A stretch of DNA of 64,000 nucleotides from Argiope bruennichi (taxonomy: Eukaryota). The DNA is taken from NCBI RefSeq assembly GCF_947563725.1, contig NC_079159.1, positions 100,113,559-100,177,558 of the forward strand, given 5' to 3'. The position numbers were made by a program, and so were the translations under genes. Shown here piece by piece: positions 55,290 to 64,000 of the stretch; position 1 is the stretch's first letter, and each line of letters opens with the position of its first letter. The notes under the pieces are model-generated. The model was not told where the DNA came from. It did not search any database and saw only the letters and a list, made by a program, of their open reading frames with translations.

Positions 55290-55620
55290 AAATATTTGAA
55301 CAAAATCCACATCGAGAAAGACTATCTATCTGTCTGTATACAGGTGAACACGATAACGAGGAAACATAAATAGATAGATAGATAAAAAAAAAAATATGGG
55401 GAATAGGGTTAGCGTTAAAAATGTACATCCGTATCAGATTTGGAACAAGATTTGTCAAACAGTTGACCACCTGTCAGTCTACACTTGAGCATGCATGTAA
55501 ATATGAAAACTCAAAAACGCGGTGATTTAAATAAATGAAATTTTGGGTGTGATCTTATAATTACAATTGTAGTTCGGAGTCAAATTTTGTTTTCAGTAGG
55601 TCGAAAAGAAAACGTTCCAA
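55290..55620 (+). repeat. Dispersed repeat family, copy B
   Basis: catgtaaatatgaaaactcaaaaacgcggtgatttaaataaatgaaattttgggtgtgatcttataattacaattgtagttcggagtcaaattttgttttcagtaggtcgaaaagaaaacg aligns with copy A at 53800-53930. Confidence 0.5.
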
Positions 55621-56559
55621 ATTATATATTTGACTTGCTGATACTTGTGTAATAACCGCATGCTAAAGATTAATTCCTCTGAAAGAGGCAACTATTTCCT
55701 GCTAGTTATATAAAAATGCTAGATTCGTGTCAAGGATTGCTATTTTGTTACTATTATTCGTCATTGCCTTGTAATTAATATATATGTTCCGATTTTCTAT
55801 GAAGCAGAAAGCGCTCATGTGCGGAAAATTGAAAACAAAATTCTGCTCACTCATGGCATTTACGGCCTTTCCCATGTTCACCATTTTTTGCGAATAATTA
55901 ACTTTGCAATAAAGTTTTAAAGAAATTACTTTCTCTGTTTCGATATGTGACAGATTTGTGTTATACTCGATAGCTTCTGAAATTTTCCACATTAATGTGT
56001 TTAGATTGTTTTTGGTTGATATAATACTTTAAAATTATTTCATTGAGCAATTTCATTTCAAAGCTGGAGAGAATATCCTTCTGGATATTTTCTCCAGCTT
56101 TGACATGTGGTAATTACTGCAATGTGATCGCTTTCAATATTCGAATCCGAAACATAGCATTGAATTTGATGGAAATTGATAATAAGTAGATCGAACAAAA
56201 AAAAAAAAAAATCATTCCGGGATAAGTTATATAAATAAGATTCAATGAATAATGAATAAAAATGGAGTTATGCTATTCAGTGAGATTTTTCCTATGTTAA
56301 ATAGTTCTATTTGAACCTCATGAAAGGTGATTAAAATCGCTAAAAATGCGCGCAACATCGAGAAATGAATCGGCCAAAGCTTTCTTGCTTAATTATTGTT
56401 AATTGAGGCTTTAATGAGCATACAAATTAACAATAATAATTTTAAGTCATTGTAAAAAGCTTATATTATTACTAATTCTATGTTGATGTATTTCTATGTA
56501 AGTGTTCTGAGGGATTCTTCTCGGAATAGTTTTACGAGATGCTGTTGTGGTGAATAGCA

Positions 56560-56680
56560 TATAAGCCAGTAACAGCGCATCTACCCGAGCTGCTGTTTTG
56601 GTATAATCGGTTAGTTACAGGACTGCTAACCATAATGTCCCAGGTTCTATCCTTCGCGCATCGCCTATCACTTCACTGTC
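56560..56680 (+). repeat. Diverged copy of the tRNA-like SINE family seen at 51.6 and 52.0 kb
   Basis: ...ggtataatcggttagttacaggactgctaaccataatgtcccaggttctatccttcgcgcatcgcctatcac shares the T-arm-like 'gttc.atcct.cgc...cgcctatc' tail with the 51601 and 51995 units. Confidence 0.35.
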
Positions 56681-58189
56681 ATAGGAGGGCTTGTAGTCAG
56701 ACTTTTCCGATCTCTCCTTTCTTCAAACCGATCTTGCCTATCGGAGTAAAAGAAAGTTTTCGTTGATGTAAAAAGCTTTTTCCATTGACTGAAGAATGTT
56801 TCCTTCCACCCAGAAAATTCTGATATGACAAAAAGTAAAATATTGTGCCAAATATTTATCTATTTTTAAGGTATTGAATTAATGTTATATAATGGGAAAA
56901 AAAAGACACGCAAATAAAAATGGAAGAGAAATTTTGCAAAATAGAACGATAGAGAAAATAATGATTAAGCTGCATGCTTTAGGAAACAAGTTCTAAACAA
57001 GCATGTGGGGAGGGAAAAATATTTCTCAAAGAACATTAAGTTCTAGATGTCTCATCATAGATACTTGCATCATGTAAATGAAGATTTGATCAGAAATTGA
57101 GTACTTTTTCTTTTGGGATCTATTTTTTTCCCCATCTTGATTAAAGATTTAAAAAAATTTTATAAAATATTCTGTATTGCTTTTTCAAACATCGGGAGTG
57201 TTCTTGATTGGCCTTTTTTTCTTTTCATTAAAAGTGGCCATAGATTTTATTGAGTGTTCAATATCTATAGGTACTATATCTGCTTTAAAGGCCACTTAAT
57301 ATTTTGAGGTCTATTGATTAAAAATAAATCAAACTTTCCATTTGTCATATGGGTTCGATATTAAAATTTCAATTTGAGCTGTTCCTTCCTTATTAGCACA
57401 AATCGTGACTGTATTTTCGTGATATTGTGCATGATTCGGAATATCGAGCAACATCATGAAGATATCGTATAATATCTTGTGTAATAACGAAGACATGTAA
57501 AGAGCAACTTTCCCTTTGATCTTGATACATTTATTCATGCCATAAATGGCATTTGCTTCTGCACAAATTCTTGCTAGATGAGACAAAATTGAAACTTTTG
57601 ACTTTATCTTGGACAGTAGAGCGAAGCTTGAAGTTTTTGGTCCATGAACCAGATTTTCATCGAATTTTGCCGGATGCTACCAAGAACAGTGACAAGAAAT
57701 CGTAGAAATCATTTTGTATTTAAAAAAAAAAAAATAGAAAGAAACGATGCATTTCGGCAATTTCTTCATTTTGAAGGGAATGTCAAACGAAAGGAAGAAA
57801 GAAGTTACGTCCTTCCATATTGTGTCTTTAGAGAAGGCTTATAAATATGTTAACTAAGCTTAAAAATTTGTGCAGTATATACTGGATCCTGCATAAAAAC
57901 AACAAAACCTCCCTTTGGTTGCTGAATTTGGTATTTGAATGCCGGTTGGACTTTTCCTTAATGTAAGATTGAGGCATAAAGTACTCATTTGGAAAATCTT
58001 AGACTTTGATTTAAATTTGATACAATAATACTTATTTCCTCATATTGTTTTTGATTCAATCATAAAAAATGTTCGTTTGTGGGTTCATCGCTTTTGAAAA
58101 ACTTTTCCGCTACGTGTGGTTACATTTTTAATTTTTGTCTATTATTGAATTCAGTGAGAATAATTACTAAAGGCATCTTTTACAGTCAT

Positions 58190-58860
58190 AGTTGTGGGAT
58201 TCAGTCTGGTCAAAAATTTGATCGTTAAGGGGGAAAAAAAAGGACCCGTAGGAGTTGTCACACCAAAATTTTCTCGCATAATCTTTTATAAGGATCTTAA
58301 TCCTCTTGCATCGCACAAAATTCTGGATCTTGCACAGCATTGGCGGAAATTAATTACGAAATATATATCTTTGTTATAAATCTAACAGTTTTACTGAATC
58401 TATCGTGTGAATACGTTTTTTGGATGCTTTTTTTTCCAACTGATTGTTACAAAATTTTATACGGAATTGCAATAGTAGTCATAATTTAACATATCGATAT
58501 AATTGATTTTAGTTATTGCACTTGTGTGCATACGAAAATATGGATCGACAAACGGCCAATCATTTGACGTATTTGATTCAAAATTTGATAAGAATCAACA
58601 TTTTAGATGCAAAAATTGTGTACCAAATTTTATTTATCTAGCTCTTAACGACTTGATATTGTCAAGTTCACTTCTATTTGAACGGCCAGACAAATAAACT
58701 TAATTTAAATGGATTTCGTTCAGAATTTAATAGAAATTTGTTAATTTGGTCTAAAGTCTATACATCAAATTTTTTTCTGCCTAACTCAGTGCGTTTTTGA
58801 GTTATCCTGTTGAGACAGATCGACGGACAGATAAGCAGTCATTGAGAATACATTTAGATT
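58190..58860. repeat. Dispersed repeat family, copy C (rearranged, mixed orientation)
   Basis: 58600-58640 (tgcaaaaattgtgtaccaaattttatttatc) is a direct match to copy A at 53888-53918. 58780-58840 is a reverse-complement match to copy A at 53518-53570. The small ORFs here (58194-58379, 58503-58697) have no recognisable domain. Confidence 0.4.
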
Positions 58861-59204
58861 CGAAAATCTTGAATTCGATTTTTTTATATGATTACAATAA
58901 TTTATCAATACTTAATATCTGAGAAAGGAAAAACAGATTGATGTCACTTCTATCCTTCAAAAATAAAACCCAGAAACAACAACAAGAAAAACAAAAAGAA
59001 AGGAAGAAAGAATACCCTGCATAAGAATCAATTCGAAAACGTCTCTTAAGAAATTCTGAAAATATTTATCTTGTTTTTATTTGTACACTCTTTATGAGAA
59101 ATTTAACAAATACAATCCCTGAATATGTTGCATAAGAATCAGCGAAAAAAAAAAAAATGCTTTTTTAAATAATTTGTTTTAATTATCAGAAGGAGCTTGA
59201 CAAC

Positions 59205-59222
59205 ACAACTCTTTCTCCGTGA
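59205..59222 (+). promoter_or_regulatory. Putative 5'-TOP (terminal oligopyrimidine) transcription start of RPL23A
   Basis: The pyrimidine tract CTCTTTCTCC lies about 75 nt upstream of the ATG. Metazoan ribosomal-protein mRNAs typically start in such a tract. Confidence 0.35.
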
Positions 59223-59291
59223 CCGACTGTGGATTTGGAAATTGAAAACGTGTTTTTGTCAGGAGCGGTGTAGGAACTATATTTATTAAAA

Positions 59292-59328
59292 ATGGGTCCC
59301 AAATCAAAGAAAGGCGCATCTGAGAAGC
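59292..59328 (+). CDS. RPL23A: Ribosomal protein L23a (uL23), coding exon 1
   Basis: The exon begins at the ATG and encodes MGPKSKKGASEK. The donor reads aagc|gtaatt. Confidence 0.75.
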
Positions 59329-60287
59329 GTAATTTTATTTCTGTTATATTTTAAATGTTGTTTTGTACATATTTTGCTGTTTTAATTTTATAATTTGTAA
59401 AGTTTCTTTTCATGTTGGAGAAGTTTTAATATGGCGATTTCTACATGTATCCTCGTGATTATATTCTAAGTTTTTTAGTTATTAAAATTTTACGAATTTG
59501 CTTACTTTATGATTGACCCTTTTTGTTCTTCAAATATAAATATTATGCTTTTAATTTGCAATTGATAAAACAACTTTTGTCTTAAGCTCTTCAACATTCT
59601 TAAGCCTAAATTTTGGCAAGTGTGGTCCTGTTTTTTAAAAGGCGGATTTTTTTTTTTTAAATTTATATTTCTGAATTGCTCTTTCATTGTTCCAATTTTC
59701 ATTTATACATTTTAATTTATATCGTATTGTAAAGAAAAATAATGTAAAGTAACTATGTTGAGGAGTAATGTTGAAATTCGACTCGTGGTTAGATCCTTCT
59801 TATAGCTGATATTTCAACTATGTGTTGAATATTTATCATTTTCATAATTAGCGATTGTTTTATTTTTAAGGCAAATTTTAATTGCCGCTCCTCTTATTTT
59901 TAAAAGTGGAAGTATTTTTTAATTTTCATACCTCCTCAAGGTAGGAAGAAATTCGCCCAAAAGATGCATATTGGGAATATAAGTTTTTCGAATAATTTGG
60001 ATTCCTTTTTAATGTTGTTTATTCATCCGATATCATAGCAGATGTTTAATGTATGCTGCTCTGAGCATTCTTAGTAAATGTCATTGGAGGATGGCGATCT
60101 TCTGAGCTGATGGCCATTCAAATTGAATTTGCAATTTGAAATTTTTTTTTGCATTTTCAGTTTTATTTATGCTTTATTTCATTCGAAATTCCTGGTTTTT
60201 ATTGTCGGATTATAAGTTTTATCAGCATATTAATTGTTATATAATCCCCATCCTTCTCTTACCAAATACTTTTTTTTAAATCTACAG

Positions 60288-60609
60288 CGAAAGCAGCAGC
60301 AGCTGCTGCTGCAAAGCCAGCAAAAACAGAAAAACCAAAAGAAACGAAAAAAGAAAATGTGCCTCCTCCCGCTAAAGCTGCAGCAACACCAGCAGGCAAA
60401 GCTGAAAAGGTGGCACCTAAAGGTAAAGGTAAATTGAGCACTGCCCAAGCTAAAGCAAAAGCTCTAGCAGCTAAGAAGAAGGTAGTAAAAGGGGCCCATG
60501 GAACCAGAGTAAGGAAAATTAGAACTACTGTTCAGTTTAGACGCCCAAGAACTCTTACATTGATGAGAAATCCTAAATATCCTAGGAAAAGCTGTCCCAG
60601 GAGACCTCG
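60288..60609 (+). CDS. RPL23A: RPL23A coding exon 2
   Basis: tctacag|(P)[12 protein letters not shown]...[52 protein letters not shown](R) aligns with human ...[52 protein letters not shown]. The donor reads cg|gtaagt. Confidence 0.85.
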
Positions 60610-61605
60610 GTAAGTATGATTATGACTTCAATTATTATTTCATCAGTTTTGACCAATTGATACAATTTATTACATCTGTACATTTTTTTAATAGATTAAT
60701 TTTCATATTTCTAATTCCATATGTTTTTTCCAATTAATTTAATATTTCGTAAGTACTTTAAGTTGCGTTTGGTTATTTTTTGAATGCCTTAAATCTTTTA
60801 GATGAAATAGGAGAGTTGCTAACTATGTTCTTACCAAGGTAAAAAAAAATATTCAAGCCAAACTTTATTATGACTAACTAAATTATATATGTAATAAAAC
60901 AATTTAGGGAACAGATTTAGATAGTTTAGTGATTTATCTTTAAAAGATTGCAACTATTTGTTGCATGTACCCAATTCTCATTTATGGTCAGTCTTCTGTG
61001 CAGTTTCATTATGGTTTCTTATCAATTTATAAAATAAGCATTAGATGAACAGAATTAAGAATATGTGGAATATTTTAATGCAACATGTTGTTTGTTTCTC
61101 ATAGGGTCAGAATGAAAAGATATTGTAAGAAATTGATATTAAAAAAGACCAAATAATATATAATATTTTTTTTGTTTAAGCGCTGAATTATTGGTGAGCT
61201 GATTCTTATATGGAATTTTTCTCATCTTTAAAACTTGAGTATACTTTGATTTTGCTTTGTAAAGGCATCTCTTTTGTATAGAAATTGTATATATTGAATT
61301 GCTTGTAATTTTTTTATTGGACACTGATTAGAGTATTTAAGAATATCTTTAATATGGTTATTATAAGCATATTTTTTTTTTAAATCAAAGTGGAAATCTT
61401 TATAATTTTTAAGTGAAACAAAAGTTGTTTACAAAAAATTCTTAAATTGATTCAAAGTCATCGAATTTGATTACGTATAACCTATAGATTTTTATACTTG
61501 TTTTATCAAGTATTCTGTATTTTTTATACATTTTTAAAAATATTTTTGATTTTTTTCAGAATTTTTTAAAGTACTATTTATTTGAAAAATGTTTATCTTT
61601 TACAG

Positions 61606-61782
61606 ATTTGATCAATGGTCTACCATCAAGCATCCTCTTACTACTGAATCTGCTATGAAGAAAATTGAAGACAATAATACATTGGTATTCATTGTCCACA
61701 AGAGAGCAAACAAGCCTCAAATTAGAAATGCTGTTAAGAAGTTGTATAACATCGATGTTCAAAAAGTGAATACTCTTATCAG
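61606..61782 (+). CDS. RPL23A: RPL23A coding exon 3
   Basis: tttacag|[58 protein letters not shown](R) aligns with human [59 protein letters not shown]. The donor reads ag|gtaaaa. Confidence 0.88.
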
Positions 61783-62589
61783 GTAAAATATGCATTTGAT
61801 ATTATATTTTTAGAAGAATGTTACTTATGTTGTCAAACTACAGTATAAAGGTCATCATTAAATTTTTTATTTTCAGTTTTGAAAGAAAAATTTAAAATCT
61901 GCGTAAATGTAACAAATAGTAAATATGCTAAGTTGCCCTTTATTGAATAATGGAATTCTTTCATGGTTTGTTTTTATGAGCAAATAGTTTAGTTTTGGAA
62001 ATAATTTTTATAGAAAAAAAATCATGGAATTTCTTAATTGTATGAAATTGTCAGATTATAGAGTTAAAAGTTTATTTGAAAGATGAAGTAATTTGCATGA
62101 TTAATTAACTTTGAATAGTTTATATTCATAGTTTGGTGATTTCTTTAGCTTTCATTTATTGAGCTTCTAACAAACCAAAGTAATTCTCTTAGAATATTAA
62201 ATATTACAGTATGATGATTATTTTATTTATTTTATTTAACTTCTTTTTTTAATATAAGGGTAGTTTTGTTCTATAATTGATATAACTTGATAGAATTCTC
62301 TATTATCTATACCTGTTACTCGTAAAATGTTACAAGAACAAAAAGTTTCAAATATAAGAATGGTCTTTACAATATGTCTTTTTTTAAATGTGAATACGGA
62401 AATCTTTTTAAATTCACAATTGCAGATGCAAGATTCCGGTTGTAAATAAAAATTGTTCTAAAGCTTTTCCTTGATGATCTGTGCTTTCTTCTCACTTTGA
62501 AGATTATTTGAATTTCTTACAGTTAATGCATCACTGTAAGCAAATAATTGGGAATTGACCACATAAGATATAATTTTTCGCTTTTTCAG

Positions 62590-62659
62590 ACCTGATGGGC
62601 AAAAGAAGGCATACGTGAAACTAGCTCCAGATTATGATGCATTGGATGTTGCCAACAAA
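62590..62659 (+). CDS. RPL23A: RPL23A coding exon 4
   Basis: tttcag|(R)[23 protein letters not shown] aligns with human [24 protein letters not shown]. The donor reads aaa|gtaagt. Confidence 0.88.
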
Positions 62660-63126
62660 GTAAGTCTTCTTTTCTATATGCCTTTTTTATTTCTTCATAT
62701 ATTAAATTGCTACATTACACATAGGTTCTTCTTGTCAAAATGCTAACATTTAATCTTTAATTAAATTGATATTTATTTCATCTTTCTAGAATAGTTCCTT
62801 TTGATCATGCATAAATTGTTTGAATCAAAATGTAGTTGAGCTAAGAGATTTAAATGTATCAATCCCCTTTCATGTATGATATGTTTATCTATGGAAGCTA
62901 CTATCTTGTCACTAAAATATGCTTTTACTGACCCATTTTTATATCAATTATAGTATCTAATAAAAGGAACTTTTATGTAATATTTTAATTCTTAAATCTG
63001 TGATTTTTATTCTCAAATTTTCTTTTTCGAGCATTTTTTTCTTTTGATTTTGTTTTAAAAAAATCTTGAGGTATTTTATTTTAGTGATGTATGCTGTACT
63101 AATTTTGTTTTCTTTTCTCTTTACAG

Positions 63127-63141
63127 ATTGGAATTATATAA
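63127..63141 (+). CDS. RPL23A: RPL23A terminal coding exon 5 (IGII*)
   Basis: ttacag|ATT GGA ATT ATA TAA. Human L23a ends ...KIGII*. The five exons total 621 nt, giving 206 aa plus the stop. A poly(A)-signal-like aaataaaataaa sits about 20 nt downstream. Confidence 0.8.
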   Translation: MGII

Positions 63142-64000
63142 ATGCATCAGTTTGTATCAAATTCTTAAATAAAATAAAAAAAATCCCAAGAAATTTCTTG
63201 AGTGTCTTAGTTGATGAATTTTCAATTATACAAATTTAACGAAATGGCTCAGAATGTTCATAAAGGATTTACTGCTTGAAATGACCTTTGAAACTGCTTT
63301 CACTTCAAAAATTTTCAATAGATCAAGAATTAATTTTTTCCAAATATACTAGACTTTGCTCTGCAGTTACTGACAGGATTTAAAAACTCGCCAATTTATT
63401 TCTGCATCGGCAGATTTTCTTTTCCACCAGAGCATTCATGAATGATTATTTGAAACAATACATACCTTTTTTCCAGTATTCGTTTTGAGTCTTCTACCCA
63501 TTTATATTGCACTACTCTTAGAAATTACTGGTTACTAAAAGGCCTTACTGGTCATTTAGAAACAATGATTGATACTTTTTTTCCCCCCATTTCCGAGTAA
63601 TGATGTTGCTTATTTTGCCCTTAGAAATTTAAATGCCTTGCATTTATAATATTTTGAAATTATGGAATAGGAATATTTCTCTTCGGAAAGTGCAAAAACA
63701 TATCCTTCAATCCACAGCTTATTTACAATATGCCATTTTGAAAGAAAAATGAATTTAAAAGTAATACAATATTTCTTATTCCAAATAATGAGTTGTCGCA
63801 GAACATTTTGTTCTAAAACATTCACTTTTTTAAATTTTAATTTAATTTAAATTTTTTTTGTCAAAATTCATTCTAAAACGTGTAAGCATCTTTTGCAGTA
63901 ATAAATGATATTGATATTTGATGTAAGATTTAAAATGTTAAGAAAGAATAATCGTAATTTATACTTTAATGAATGTTTTGGATGCTGCAATTTTCAATTA

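Noticed and set aside
60230-60448. Three overlapping ORFs (60230-60448 -, 60234-60437 +, 60259-60441 -) with Cys-, Gln- or Ala-rich low-complexity peptides
   Set aside because: They overlap RPL23A exon 2, whose (GCA/GCT/AAA)n Ala/Lys-rich stretch yields open frames in all phases. The true frame is the one giving ...[24 protein letters not shown]... (ORF 60359-60613, which extends from an internal Met).

Overview
This window is eukaryotic nuclear DNA, not a prokaryotic island. It is about 70% A+T with long AT-rich intergenic and intronic stretches. Multi-exon genes have canonical GT-AG introns, and the flanks carry poly(A)/(AT)n microsatellites and Tc1/mariner relics. The gene content points to an arthropod-like metazoan, possibly a chelicerate, but I cannot assign the taxon from sequence alone.

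From 5' to 3' the window contains:
- a frameshifted Tc1/mariner transposase relic on the minus strand, about 84-1010;
- the terminal coding exon of a PQQ/beta-propeller repeat protein, 1350-1727 on the plus strand;
- an intronless EMC1 gene (ER membrane protein complex subunit 1, 914 aa) at 8757-11501 on the minus strand;
- an intronless NACA gene (nascent-polypeptide-associated complex alpha, 218 aa) at 12145-12801 on the plus strand, head-to-head with EMC1 across about 640 bp;
- a 14-exon major vault protein (MVP) gene on the plus strand, CDS 25394-45083, 872 aa;
- a repeat-rich tract at 50.1-58.9 kb, which includes a near-perfect ~490-bp palindrome centred on a tRNA-Ser(CGA)-derived fragment, tandem tRNA-like SINE units, a second Tc1-like end and several copies of a dispersed repeat;
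- a 5-exon ribosomal protein L23a gene, CDS 59292-63141 on the plus strand.

I found no CRISPR array, restriction-modification system, toxin-antitoxin pair or other prokaryotic defence system. The least ordinary things here are the tRNA-Ser palindrome and the intronless EMC1/NACA pair sitting in an otherwise intron-rich locus.

All protein identities come from my reading of the translated ORFs against remembered family sequences, not from a database search.
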